Shown: positions 31,284-42,279 of the stretch, piece after piece
Layout: the number at the start of each line of letters is the position of its first letter
Numbering within the stretch: the stretch's first letter is position 1
The notes under the pieces: model-generated
The model's input: only the letters and a program-made list of their open reading frames with translations
The model's database searches: none
What the model was told of the DNA's origin: nothing
Translations under genes and position numbers: made by a program
From: Escherichia coli
GTDB lineage: Bacteria; Pseudomonadota; Gammaproteobacteria; Enterobacterales; Enterobacteriaceae
NCBI RefSeq assembly: GCF_003790525.1
Contig: NZ_CP033635.1
Strand: one strand, 5' to 3'
DNA: 64,000 nt

Positions 31284-31745
31284 ATGAAGGCTTTCAATAA
31301 GCTGTTTTCCCTCGTTGTTGCATCTGTTCTGGTTTTCTCTCTTGCTGGCTGCGGTGACAAAGAAGAATCGAAGAAATTCAGCGCCAATCTGAACGGCACT
31401 GAAATTGCCATTACCTATGTCTACAAAGGTGACAAGGTGCTTAAGCAATCTTCTGAAACCAAAATTCAATTTGCCTCCATTGGTGCAACCACCAAAGAAG
31501 ATGCTGCCAAGACACTTGAGCCGTTAAGCGCCAAATACAAAAACATCGCGGGTGTTGAAGAAAAATTAACCTATACCGATACCTACGCGCAGGAAAACGT
31601 GACTATCGATATGGAAAAAGTGGATTTTAAAGCCCTGCAGGGTATTTCAGGAATCAACGTTTCTGCTGAAGATGCCAAAAAAGGTATCACTATGGCGCAA
31701 ATGGAACTGGTGATGAAAGCCGCTGGTTTTAAAGAAGTGAAATAA
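31284..31745 (+). CDS. yehR: lipoprotein (DUF1307 family)
   Basis: MKAFNKLFSLVVASVLVFSLAGC lipobox signal peptide. Confidence 0.85.
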   Translation: MKAFNKLFSLVVASVLVFSLAGCGDKEESKKFSANLNGTEIAITYVYKGDKVLKQSSETKIQFASIGATTKEDAAKTLEPLSAKYKNIAGVEEKLTYTDTYAQENVTIDMEKVDFKALQGISGINVSAEDAKKGITMAQMELVMKAAGFKEVK

Positions 31746-31749
31746 TCGG

Positions 31750-31787
31750 TTGGCGGTCATGCTCTAAACATGACCGCCAATTTTTTA
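31750..31787 (+). terminator. intrinsic terminator after yehR
   Basis: Hairpin TTGGCGGTCATG...CATGACCGCCAA followed by TTTTTT. Confidence 0.8.
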
Positions 31788-32255
31788 GCCTTTTTTCACA
31801 TGCTGGCGCGCTGCCAGTCCACGCAGAAAATAACGTAAAAATTGATCGCCGCATTCGCGGAAGTTTTTATGATCCGGTGCGCGCATCATCGCTGTAATTT
31901 CCGGCATCGAAACGCGGAACTGCTGTTCGGTGAGGATAGCCAGAATGTCATCGGTTTTCAGCGAAAACGCGATGCGTAATTTTTTCAGCACGATGTTGTT
32001 ATTAATGCGACGTTCCGGCTCCAGTGCCGGAGCAGACTCATCCTTGCCGCGTTTTTCATAAATCAGGCCATTGAGGAATGACGACAAAACAATGTCCGGA
32101 CAACGCTGAAAACCCTCTTCGTCTTCTTTACGTAGCCAGACGGCGATCTGTTCCGCGGTGGCTTCGACATTACCCAGCGCCAGAATACGCACCAGGTCAT
32201 TATTATTGGCTTTCAAAATGTAGCGCACGCTGCGCAGAATATCGTTACTTAGCAT
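31785..32255 (-). CDS. yehS: DUF1456 family protein
   Basis: 156-aa product starting MLSNDILRSVRYIL...; K-12 synteny. Confidence 0.8.
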   Translation of the reverse strand: MLSNDILRSVRYILKANNNDLVRILALGNVEATAEQIAVWLRKEDEEGFQRCPDIVLSSFLNGLIYEKRGKDESAPALEPERRINNNIVLKKLRIAFSLKTDDILAILTEQQFRVSMPEITAMMRAPDHKNFRECGDQFLRYFLRGLAARQHVKKG

Positions 32256-32301
32256 GAGGCCTTCAGGTGTTGATGAGGCAAAAAGCCATTTTAGCAGTCT
32301 T

Positions 32302-33021
32302 TTACAGGCCAATCGCCTCTTTTAAGCTTTTCAGATAACGGCGGCTGACCGGCACGGTTAAGCCATTACGCAAAATCAACTCGGCCTGGCCGTTATCTTC
32401 CAGACGAATCTCCTGTAAATGCGCGAGGTTAACCAGATACTGACGATGGCAGCGCAGTAGTGGTGTACGACTTTCCAGGGTACGTAATGTCAATTCGGTA
32501 AAGCCCTCTTTCCCTTCGTGGCTGGTAACGTAGACACCGCTCATCCGACTGCTGACAAATGCCACATCTTTCATTTGCAGCAAATAAATCCGACTATGCC
32601 CCGTACAAGGGATAAATTTCAGCGCCTGTTGATTTTCCGGTAACAGCGAAACATCCTGCTTGCTGCGCTCCTGACGCAATCGCGCCAGCGTTTTCTCCAG
32701 TCGCGCTTCATCAATTGGCTTCAGCAGATAATCAAAGGCATGTTCTTCAAAGGCTTTAATTGCGTATTCGTCAAACGCAGTGAGAAAAACAATATACGGG
32801 CGATGTTCCGGGTCAAGCATCCCCACCATTTCCAGACCACTGATGCGCGGCATCTGGATATCGAGAAACAGCACATCCGGGCGCAGTTTATGCACCGCGC
32901 CGATCCCTTCCACGGCGTTTGAACACTCTCCAACGATTTCAATATCGCTCTGCTCCTGCAAAAATACACGCAGGTTCTCCCGTGCTAACGGTTCATCATC
33001 GACAATTAAGACTTTAATCAT
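32302..33021 (-). CDS. btsR: LytTR-family two-component response regulator
   Basis: Product [16 protein letters not shown]... with receiver and LytTR domains; 4-bp overlap with the upstream kinase gene. Confidence 0.9.
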
Positions 33022-34703
33022 GCCTCGTCCCTCCATGGTAGTCGTAACGTTATTCGGGTGTAACTATCAGGCTCACAGGCGACGCTTATTCCATAGTCAT
33101 CGCCAAACCGTTCACGTAAACGCTTATCCACCAGATTCATCCCCAGCCCACTGGCATTGGTTACCGGTTGATACAAACCGGCATTGTCTTCGATCTCCAG
33201 CATCAAATGTTGCCCCTCACGTCGGGCGCTGATTGCCACTCGCCCTGTATCCAGCAGTTGTGATGTCCCATGTTTAATGGCGTTTTCCACTATCGGTTGC
33301 AGGGTAAACGCGGGCAATTGCTGCTGGGATAATTCTTGCGGAATAGCAATGTTGACCTGCAACCGCGACTGGAAGCGCGCCTTTTCAATTTGCAGATAAG
33401 CATTCACATGTTCAATTTCGTCGGCGAGAGTAACAAACTCCGAAGGCCGCTTTAAGTTTTTGCGGAAAAAAGTGGAAAGATACTGCACCAGCTGGCTGGC
33501 CTGTTCGCTGTCGCGGCGGATCACCGCTTTAATGGTGTTAAGCGCATTAAACAAAAAATGGGGATTCACCTGGGCGTGAAGCAGTTTGATCTCTGACTGG
33601 GTGAGCATCGCTTTTTGCCGCTCATATTGCCCGGCAAGGATCTGCGCCGAAAGCAATTGCGCAATCCCCTCACCCAACGTGCGGTTGATTGAACTGAATA
33701 AACGGTTTTTGGCTTCATACAATTTGATGGTGCCCATCACCCGCTGATTTTCACCACGCAACGGAATTACCAGCGTCGACCCCAGTTTGCATTGCGGATG
33801 CAAAGAGCAACGGTAAGGTACTTCGTTGCCATCAGCGTAGACCACTTCACCGGTTTCAATCGCTTTTAAAGTATAAGTTGAAGAAATCGGTTTGCCGGGT
33901 AAATGGTGGTCGTCACCAATTCCGGTAAAGGCCAGCAATTTCTCTCGATCGGTAATCGCGACTGCACCAATATCCAGTTCCTGATACAGCACCTGAGCCA
34001 CTTTCATGCTGTTCTCTTCGTTAAACCCCTGGCGCAAAATGCCTTCCGTCGAGGCTGCCACTTTCAGCGCAGTGGCAGAAAAAGCCGAAGTGTATTTTTC
34101 AAACATCGCGCGTTTATCGAGCAATATACGCATAAACAGCGCCGCGCCGACGGTATTGGTGACCATCATTGGCGCAGCAATATTACTCACCAGACGCACC
34201 GCATCTTCATAAGGTCGGGCGATCGCAAGGATGATCAGCATTTGCACCATTTCAGCGACGAACGTGACGGCACCGGCGGTAATGGGGTTAAAGACTTTAT
34301 CAGTGCGCCCGCGGCGGATCAGGATGCTGTGTACCAGGCCACCGAGTAATCCTTCAACGATGGTCGAGATCATGCAACTTAACGCGGTCATGCCCCCCAT
34401 CGAATATCGATGTAAGCCGCCGGTCAGCCCAACCAGCCCACCGACGACCGGACCGCCGAGTAAGCCGCCCATTACCGCGCCTATCGCACGGGTATTGGCA
34501 ATAGAATCGTCAATGTGCAACCCAAACCAGGTGCCCATGATGCAGAAGATGGAAAAGACGATGTAGCAGAGAAATTTATGCGGCAGACGAACCGTGACCT
34601 GCATTAACGGTATGAATAATGGCGTTTTACTCATTAACCATGCAATGACTAAAAAAACGCACATCTGCTGAAGCAGCAGCAACACCAGATTAAAATCGTA
34701 CAT
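33018..34703 (-). CDS. btsS: LytS-type sensor histidine kinase (pyruvate-sensing BtsS/YehU)
   Basis: 561-aa multi-TM N-terminus, GAF and histidine kinase regions ([14 protein letters not shown]). Confidence 0.9.
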
Positions 34704-34924
34704 ACCCGCAAACCACACTTCCCTTTAAAACGCGTAACATACATTGCCTGCGTTTAACTTTCTTTGAACTCTTGCAGAAAAATGAGAATTCGTGAGTACG
34801 ATCACTCAAAATCGCCTGGCAAAAATAAAATCACCCTATAGATGCACAAAAAACGGGCAAAACTACCTGGTTCGCAAAACTGCGTCTAAAGTTAAACCGG
34901 GACCTCGCGAGCAAGGGTGAGACG

Positions 34925-35656
34925 ATGGCGCTTTACACAATTGGTGAAGTGGCGTTGCTTTGTGATATTAATCCTGTCACGTTACGCGCGTGGCAGAGGC
35001 GTTACGGATTGCTGAAACCGCAACGGACAGACGGCGGTCATCGGCTGTTCAACGATGCCGATATTGACCGGATCCGCGAGATCAAACGCTGGATCGACAA
35101 CGGCGTGCAGGTCAGCAAAGTTAAAATGCTGCTCAGTAATGAAAATGTTGATGTGCAGAACGGCTGGCGCGATCAGCAAGAAACATTACTGACTTACCTG
35201 CAAAGCGGCAATCTACATAGCCTGCGAACGTGGATCAAAGAGCGCGGTCAGGATTACCCCGCCCAGACACTCACCACACATCTGTTTATTCCTCTGCGCC
35301 GACGGCTTCAGTGCCAACAACCGACTCTCCAGGCGCTGCTGGCGATCCTCGACGGCGTACTGATCAACTACATCGCCATTTGTCTGGCTTCGGCACGTAA
35401 AAAACAGGGTAAAGATGCGCTGGTGGTTGGCTGGAATATTCAGGATACCACCCGTCTGTGGCTGGAGGGCTGGATTGCCAGTCAACAAGGATGGCGCATT
35501 GATGTCCTCGCCCACTCGCTCAATCAACTACGCCCTGAACTATTCGAAGGCCGTACATTGCTGGTGTGGTGCGATGAAAATCGAACCTCCGCCCAACAGC
35601 AGCAACTCACCAGTTGGCAAGAACAAGGCCATGATATTTTCCCACTCGGCATTTAA
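34925..35656 (+). CDS. mlrA: MerR-family transcriptional regulator
   Basis: 243-aa product MALYTIGEVALLCDINPVTLRAWQRRYGLL (MerR HTH). Confidence 0.85.
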   Translation: MALYTIGEVALLCDINPVTLRAWQRRYGLLKPQRTDGGHRLFNDADIDRIREIKRWIDNGVQVSKVKMLLSNENVDVQNGWRDQQETLLTYLQSGNLHSLRTWIKERGQDYPAQTLTTHLFIPLRRRLQCQQPTLQALLAILDGVLINYIAICLASARKKQGKDALVVGWNIQDTTRLWLEGWIASQQGWRIDVLAHSLNQLRPELFEGRTLLVWCDENRTSAQQQQLTSWQEQGHDIFPLGI

Positions 35657-35715
35657 TGATTCGTTAACAAATGCGCTTTACTGTACAATCCTTTCGTTAA
35701 CATAAGGAGTGCATT

Positions 35716-35823
35716 ATGCGCATAGCTAAAATTGGGGTCATCGCCCTGTTCCTGTTTATGGCGTTAGGCGGAATTGGTGGCGTCATGCTCGCAGGTTATA
35801 CCTTTATTTTGCGTGCTGGCTAA
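35716..35823 (+). CDS. yohO: small membrane protein (35 aa)
   Basis: ATG at 35716 gives [35 protein letters not shown], preceded by AAGGAG; its 3' end overlaps the convergent yehW stop. Confidence 0.6.
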
Positions 35824-36535
35824 GCGCCTGCACCAGCCTTTCAAACAGGCGGTCTGCGATGATCGCCGCCAGTGCCACCAGTAACGCCCCCTGGATCACA
35901 TACGCGGTATTAAATCCGCTAAGCCCGATGATGATGGGCGTACCCAGCGTGCTGGCCCCTACCGCTGAGGCGATCGTCGCCGTACCAATGTTGATAATCA
36001 CCGAAGTTCGCACGCCCGCCAGAATCACCGGAGCCGCCAGCGGTAGCTCGACCTTACGCAGTCGCTGACCACGACTCATTCCCATACCTTTCGCAACTTC
36101 TGTCACGCTGGCATCAATCGCTCCCAGCCCGGCAAGTGTCGCCTGCAGGACGGGCAGCACACCGTAAAGGATCAAGGCGATAATCGCTGGTTGCAGACCA
36201 AAGCCGATCACCGGAACGGCGATCGCCAGCACTGCGACGGGCGGAAAAGTCTGTCCAACGGCGGCAATAGTTTCCACCAGTGGGCGAAATTCCGCGCCCC
36301 ACGGGCGAGTGACAGCAATTCCGGCACCAGTGCCAATGATCACCGCAAACAAACTCGAAATTCCCACCAGCCAGAAATGAGCCAGTGCCAGAGCTGCAAA
36401 ACTTTCTTGCTGATAAACGGGTCGTGGCAGTTGTGGGAACAAGGCAGCAAACAGCGGCTGGCTGTAAGGCAGCCAGAAAATCAGCGCCACAAACAGAGCA
36501 ATGAGCCAGAACAGCGGATCGCGCAACATCTTCAT
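35804..36535 (-). CDS. yehW: osmoprotectant ABC transporter permease
   Basis: 243-aa multi-TM permease; last gene of the osmF-yehYXW operon. Confidence 0.85.
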
Positions 36536-36539
36536 ACGC

Positions 36540-37466
36540 TTACGCCTCCACCAGCAGATCCTGAAAATGCAGCGTGCCGCAAGGCTGGCCCTGCATGTTC
36601 ACCACCGGCAGCACCTCGCATCCCCGCGCAACAAACAGAGAGAGCGCATCGCGTAGCGTCATCTCTTCTGCCAGTGCCTCACCATCTGCTCGTTCTTCGC
36701 GACGCACGTAATCCGCCACACTACGTAACGAAAGCAGGCGCACACCCAGTTCACTACGTCCAAAAAACTGGCGGACAAAATCATTCGCCGGACGAGTCAG
36801 CATCGTCAGCGGATTGCCCTGCTGCACTACTTCACCGTGATCCATCAATACCAGATGTTCTGCCAGCCGTAGCGCCTCATCAATATCATGAGTGACCAGC
36901 ACAATGGTACGCCCCAGCAAACGGTGAATGCGCGTCATCTCTTGTTGCAACGCGCCGCGCGTTACCGGGTCCAGTGCGCCAAAAGGTTCATCCATCAGTA
37001 AGACTTGCGGATCGGCAGCCAGTGCACGCGCCACTCCCACACGTTGCTGCTGACCACCGGAAAGCTGATGCGGATAACGCTCACGCAAATTTGACTCCAG
37101 CCCCAGTAGCGCCATTAATTCGTCGATACGATCGTCAATCCGCGCCCGCGACCATTTTTGTAATTGCGGCACGGTAGCGATGTTTTGCGCCACGCTCCAG
37201 TGGGGGAACAGGCCAATAGATTGAATGGCATAGCCCATCCGGCGGCGCAACTCCAGTACTGGCAGCGAGCGAATTTCTTCTCCGGCAAAGCGGATCACTC
37301 CGCTGTCATGCTCCACCAGGCGGTTAATCATTTTCAGGGTGGTGGATTTGCCGGAGCCAGATGTGCCAATCAGCACCGAAAAACTCCCTTCCTGAAAATT
37401 GAGATTGAGATCGTTAACGGCTTTTTGTGCGCCGAACAGTTTGCTGACATGGCTAAATTCAATCAT
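36540..37466 (-). CDS. yehX: osmoprotectant ABC transporter ATP-binding protein
   Basis: Walker [13 protein letters not shown] signature LSGGQQQRV and Walker [12 protein letters not shown]. Confidence 0.9.
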   Translation of the reverse strand: MIEFSHVSKLFGAQKAVNDLNLNFQEGSFSVLIGTSGSGKSTTLKMINRLVEHDSGVIRFAGEEIRSLPVLELRRRMGYAIQSIGLFPHWSVAQNIATVPQLQKWSRARIDDRIDELMALLGLESNLRERYPHQLSGGQQQRVGVARALAADPQVLLMDEPFGALDPVTRGALQQEMTRIHRLLGRTIVLVTHDIDEALRLAEHLVLMDHGEVVQQGNPLTMLTRPANDFVRQFFGRSELGVRLLSLRSVADYVRREERADGEALAEEMTLRDALSLFVARGCEVLPVVNMQGQPCGTLHFQDLLVEA

Positions 37467-38616
37467 TACGTTTCACCTTCAGCAGTGCGATAAGCAAATC
37501 GAACAGCGCGTCGGTAAGCACCGCCAGAACAATTACCGGGATCACCCCCAGCAACACTAAATCAATGGCGCTGCTTAGCAGCCCCTGGAAAACCAGCGCA
37601 CCAAAACCGCCTGCGCCGATTAACGCCGCAATCACCGCCATACTTACAGTTTGCACCATCACCACCCGCAGGCTGCGCAGAAATACCGGTAACGCCAGTG
37701 GTAACTGAACATGCAGGAATCGCCGCGCCCCGCTCATGCCCATCGCTCTGGCGCTCTCCAGCACATCGCGCGGGATCTGGTTCAAGCCGACTACCACGCC
37801 GCGCACCAGCGGCAGCAAGGCATAGAGCACCAGCGCAATCAGTGCGGGTGTCATTCCGGTTCCTGCTATGCCGAGCTTCCCCAGCCACGGAAAGGCCGTC
37901 ACCAGCGCGGCAAGCGGCGCAATCAACAGGCCAAAGAGCGCCACCGAAGGCACGGTCTGAATGACATTGAGCAGAGAAAAAATTGCCCCCTGCCGAGCAG
38001 TGGAAAAGTAGCACCAGATGCCCAACGGCACACCAATCACTAACGCAGGCAGCACCGCACCAAACAGCAACGTCAGATGTTGTGCCAGCGCGTCGTCAAA
38101 CACATCCTGACGGTTGGCGTATTCTTTCATTAGTGAGAGATCGTTAAGCGTGCCGGAGTACAGCAACCACAGCGGAATAATGGCAATCTGCATATGCAAC
38201 AACCAGCGCCACAGCGGATGCGTGGAGATTCGGCGGATGGCATCGCTACAGGCCAGCAATGCCAGCGCCGCAGCCAGCCAGAAACCACTGCCGAGGCTGG
38301 TACGCGCCAGCGCACTGCCATTTTGCGCCAGTTGGGTCGCCGCCTTTCCAGCTCCCCACACCAGCAATACGAAGACGAATTGCGCCAGAATGAGTGCACA
38401 AATGCTGCCTTTTTTACCGGGAATAAAACAGGCCGTCAGCCAGGCGCAACCAACGCCCACCAGCATCCAGATCGTTTGCGGCCACAGCTGCCAGAGATGA
38501 CGCCCCTCACCCGAAACTAAACGATTAGGCGCGTAACTGATAAACGGCAGCGCCGCTGCGATTGCCGTCAGCAACAGCAGCAGCGCCAGAACAGGATTAA
38601 TACGGAAATAAGTCAC
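37459..38616 (-). CDS. yehY: osmoprotectant ABC transporter permease
   Basis: 385-aa multi-TM permease; 8-bp overlap with yehX. Confidence 0.85.
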   Translation of the reverse strand: MTYFRINPVLALLLLLTAIAAALPFISYAPNRLVSGEGRHLWQLWPQTIWMLVGVGCAWLTACFIPGKKGSICALILAQFVFVLLVWGAGKAATQLAQNGSALARTSLGSGFWLAAALALLACSDAIRRISTHPLWRWLLHMQIAIIPLWLLYSGTLNDLSLMKEYANRQDVFDDALAQHLTLLFGAVLPALVIGVPLGIWCYFSTARQGAIFSLLNVIQTVPSVALFGLLIAPLAALVTAFPWLGKLGIAGTGMTPALIALVLYALLPLVRGVVVGLNQIPRDVLESARAMGMSGARRFLHVQLPLALPVFLRSLRVVMVQTVSMAVIAALIGAGGFGALVFQGLLSSAIDLVLLGVIPVIVLAVLTDALFDLLIALLKVKRND

Positions 38617-38622
38617 GGGAAA

Positions 38623-39540
38623 TTACTTCGTCCACCCTTTTTGTTTCAGGTAGTCGGCAGCCACTTTTTTGGCATCCAGTCCTTCCACAGCAATGCTGGC
38701 ATTCAGTTGCTGCAATGTTTTTGCATCGAGGCTGGCGAAGACTGGCTGTAGCCACTGTGCCATTTGCGGATACTCCCTCAACACCGACTCACGCACCACT
38801 GGTGCAGGCGCGTAGATAGGTTGCACACCTTGCGGATCGCTTAAGGTTTGTAGCCCCAGCGCCGCGACCGGACCGTCAGTGCCGTAAGCCATTGCGGCAT
38901 TAACGCCAGAAGTTTGCTGGGCAGCGGCTTTAATCGTTACCGCCGTGTCGCCACCAGCCAGTGACAGCAACTGATCCTGACCGAGCTTAAAGCCATAGGC
39001 TTTTTCAAAGGCGGGTAACGCATCGGCGCGTTCGATAAACTCTGCCGAGGCTGCCAGTTTGAAGGTGCCGCCCTCTTTCAGATAACGACTCAGGTCAGCA
39101 AGCGAAGTGAGTTTGTTTTTCTCTGCCACATCCTGACGCACGGCGATGGTCCAGGTGTTATTCGCTGGTGCGGGCGTCAGCCAGATTAACTTGTTTTGCT
39201 CTGCATCGAGTTTTTTGACTTTCTCGTAGCCTTGCCCGGCATTTTTCCACACCGCATCGTTTTCATCTTTAAAGAAGAACGCCCCATTGCCGGTATATTC
39301 CGGATAGATATCCAGTTCACCAGAGGTGATCGCCCCGCGCACCACAGGAGTCGTTCCCAGTTGCACTTTATTGACCGTTGGTACGCCGTGACTTTCGAGT
39401 ACCTGCAAGATGATGTTGCCGAGCAGCGCGCCTTCGGTATCGATTTTTGAACCGACTTTAACGGGGGAAGCCGCGTGCAGCGGCAGGCTCACGGCTGCCA
39501 ACAAAACCAGTGAACCTGCCCAGACCTTTGAGAGTGGCAT
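38623..39540 (-). CDS. osmF: periplasmic osmoprotectant-binding protein
   Basis: 305-aa product with signal peptide MPLSKVWAGSLVLLAAVSLPLHA; first gene of the operon. Confidence 0.85.
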   Translation of the reverse strand: MPLSKVWAGSLVLLAAVSLPLHAASPVKVGSKIDTEGALLGNIILQVLESHGVPTVNKVQLGTTPVVRGAITSGELDIYPEYTGNGAFFFKDENDAVWKNAGQGYEKVKKLDAEQNKLIWLTPAPANNTWTIAVRQDVAEKNKLTSLADLSRYLKEGGTFKLAASAEFIERADALPAFEKAYGFKLGQDQLLSLAGGDTAVTIKAAAQQTSGVNAAMAYGTDGPVAALGLQTLSDPQGVQPIYAPAPVVRESVLREYPQMAQWLQPVFASLDAKTLQQLNASIAVEGLDAKKVAADYLKQKGWTK

Positions 39541-39683
39541 GATGCTTTCCTCATTCTTTTACTGTTGTTTTCAGCGAATTAAGAGAAAAGCATAGTTGAT
39601 AATGGCGGGATTAGCCTGAGCGGACGGATTCAGTTGCAGAATCAGATAAATACTTAAGAGGCATATTCGGTCCGGCGTTTCCT

Positions 39684-39720
39684 GCCGGATGCGGCGCGAG
39701 CGCCTTATCCGGCCTACAAA
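39684..39720. repeat. REP (repetitive extragenic palindrome) element
   Basis: GCCGGATGCGGCGCGAGCGCCTTATCCGGCCTACA matches the E. coli REP consensus. Confidence 0.6.
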
Positions 39721-39786
39721 GTGCGAAAATTCAGCAAGTTAAGATAATCAGGCAAAGGGCGCAAACGTCGCGCCCTTACTAAAGCA

Positions 39787-42084
39787 TTACAGCAACTCAA
39801 ACTCGCCTTTCTTAACGCGTGCGGAATCAGTGCCGATAAAGACATTGAACATGCCAGGCTCGGCGTCATATTTCATCTGTTGATTCCAGAACTTCAGCGC
39901 CTCGATATCAATCGGGAAGCTGACGGTCTGAGTTTCGCCCGGCTTCAGGGTGATTTTCTCAAAGCCTTTCAGCTGCTTCACTGGACGGCTCATGGAAGCC
40001 GTCACATCCTGCAAGTACATCTGCACTACCGTGGCCCCTTCGCGTTTACCGGTGTTCGTCACCTGCACGCTGGCCGTCACTTTGCCGTCACGCTTCATGG
40101 TCGGCGCAGAAAGTTTCACATCAGAGACGGTGAAAGTGGTATAGCTCAGACCATAGCCGAACGGATAAAGCGCCCCGTTAGCTTCATCAAAATAACGCGA
40201 AGTGTATTTGTTCGGCTTGTCGGCATTATACGGACGACCGGTATTCAGATGGCTGTAGTACACCGGGATCTGCCCGACAGAACGCGGGAAGGACATCGGC
40301 AGCTTGCCGGACGGGTTGTAATCGCCAAACAATACATCGGCAATTGCATTACCGCCTTCAGTCCCCGCAAACCAGGTTTCCAGAATCGCATCAGCCTGCT
40401 GATCTTCTTTCACCAGCGCCAGCGGACGCCCGTTCATCAGCACCAGCACCAGCGGTTTACCGGTGGCTTTCAGCGCCGCAATCAAGTCACGTTGGCTTTG
40501 CGGAATAGTGATATCGGTCCGGCTGGAGGCTTCGTGCGCCATCCCCTGTGCTTCACCGACCACAGCCACCACCACATCAGATTGTTTCGCGGTCTGCACC
40601 GCTTCATCAATCATCTCTTGCGGCGAGCGCGGATCGACTTTGACCGCTTCTTCATACTGATTCAGGAAATCGATAATGCCTTTGTCACTGGTGACGTTCG
40701 CCCCTTTGGCGTACAGCACTTTACCGTTTTCACCGACGGCATTTTTAATCCCGGTCAGTACGGTCACGGATTGATCGGCAACACCGGCTGCGGACCAGCT
40801 GCCCATCACGTCACGTTTACTGTCCGCCAGTGGCCCAACCACCGCAATGGTGGCTGATTTTTTCAGCGGTAACGTTTCGAGACGGTTTTTCAGCAACACC
40901 AGGCTTTCGCGCGCCACTTCACGCGCTTCTTTACGGTGCAGGCGGCTTTCGGCATTGGTATCCACCGGGTCAGACTCTTTCGGCCCCAAATGGCTGTATG
41001 GGTCGTTAAACAACCCCATATCATATTTAACGTTCAGTACATGGCGGGCAGCATCGTCCAGCTCTGCCATCGTCACTTTGCCGGATTTGATCAACCCAGG
41101 CAGATACTTCGAGTAGTACTCGTCGCTCATGCTCATGTTGATTCCGGATTTCAGCGCCACGCGCACCGCATCTTCCGGGTCTGCCGCCGTGCCATGTTTA
41201 ATCAGCTCTTTGATTGCACCGTGATCGGAAACGGTGATGCCTTTAAAGCCCCACTGGTCGCGCAGAACATCTTTCAGCAGCCAGGAATCGGAGGTGGCTG
41301 GCGTGCCGTTCAGCGAGTTCAGCGCCACCATCACCGCGCCGCTGCCTGCGTCCAGCCCCGCTTTGTACGGCGGCATATAATCATTAAACAGGCGCTGCGG
41401 ACTCATATCGACGGTGTTGTACTCTTTACCGCCTTCTACCGCGCCGTATGCGGCAAAGTGTTTGACGCTGGTCATCACCGAGTAGCGATCTGCCGGGCTT
41501 TTACCCTGCATCGCTTCCACCATGGTTTTACCCATTGTTGAGGTGAGATACGTATCTTCGCCAAAACCTTCGGAAGCACGTCCCCAGCGCGGATCGCGCG
41601 AGACATCGACCATCGGTGCCCAGGTCATATTCAGGCCATCATCTGCCGCTTCATAAGCAGAGACACGTCCGACCGTTTTCACTGCATCGAGGTTAAAAGA
41701 CGAGGCCAGACCGAGGCTAATCGGGAACACCGTGCGCTGACCGTGCAGCACGTCGTAAGCAAAGAAAAGAGGAATTTTCAGGCGGCTTAATTCCATCACC
41801 TGATCCTGCATGGCGCGGATATCCTGACGGGTTACGGTGTTGAAAATCGCCCCAACCTGACCGTCTTTGATCATCTCGCGGATCGCCTCTTTCGGGTTAT
41901 CCGGGCCGACGCTGATTAAGCGCAGCTGACCAATTTTCTCATCAACTGTCATTTTCTTAAGCAGTTCGGTGACGAACGCATCCCGCGCTTCGGGCGTTAA
42001 TGGATGGTTGCCGAATAAATCATCCGCCAGTGCTGGCTGCAGGGCCAGACTCACCGCGATTCCTACTGAACATAGCCATTTCAT
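39787..42084 (-). CDS. bglX: periplasmic beta-glucosidase (glycoside hydrolase family 3)
   Basis: 765-aa product starting MKWLCSVGIAVSLALQPALA. Confidence 0.9.
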   Translation of the reverse strand: MKWLCSVGIAVSLALQPALADDLFGNHPLTPEARDAFVTELLKKMTVDEKIGQLRLISVGPDNPKEAIREMIKDGQVGAIFNTVTRQDIRAMQDQVMELSRLKIPLFFAYDVLHGQRTVFPISLGLASSFNLDAVKTVGRVSAYEAADDGLNMTWAPMVDVSRDPRWGRASEGFGEDTYLTSTMGKTMVEAMQGKSPADRYSVMTSVKHFAAYGAVEGGKEYNTVDMSPQRLFNDYMPPYKAGLDAGSGAVMVALNSLNGTPATSDSWLLKDVLRDQWGFKGITVSDHGAIKELIKHGTAADPEDAVRVALKSGINMSMSDEYYSKYLPGLIKSGKVTMAELDDAARHVLNVKYDMGLFNDPYSHLGPKESDPVDTNAESRLHRKEAREVARESLVLLKNRLETLPLKKSATIAVVGPLADSKRDVMGSWSAAGVADQSVTVLTGIKNAVGENGKVLYAKGANVTSDKGIIDFLNQYEEAVKVDPRSPQEMIDEAVQTAKQSDVVVAVVGEAQGMAHEASSRTDITIPQSQRDLIAALKATGKPLVLVLMNGRPLALVKEDQQADAILETWFAGTEGGNAIADVLFGDYNPSGKLPMSFPRSVGQIPVYYSHLNTGRPYNADKPNKYTSRYFDEANGALYPFGYGLSYTTFTVSDVKLSAPTMKRDGKVTASVQVTNTGKREGATVVQMYLQDVTASMSRPVKQLKGFEKITLKPGETQTVSFPIDIEALKFWNQQMKYDAEPGMFNVFIGTDSARVKKGEFELL

Positions 42085-42279
42085 ATGGATTTTTCTTCCT
42101 TTGTTGCCCGACGTGGCAGCGAAAATGGTGCAAAAACCGTAGTTTGCCATAAGCATGATGGAGAGAGAAAAAGAATGCTCAGTTTATTGTCTGAATTTTC
42201 AAAATATTCACTCGCTGAATTGTTATACAAGGCGCTATTCTAGTTTGTGATATTTTTTCGCCACCACAAGGAGTGGAAA

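Noticed and set aside
39880-40857. 325-aa plus-strand ORF (plus 40936-41541) inside bglX
   Set aside because: Lies entirely antisense to the confidently identified bglX coding sequence; Arg/His-rich composition typical of a spurious reverse frame.
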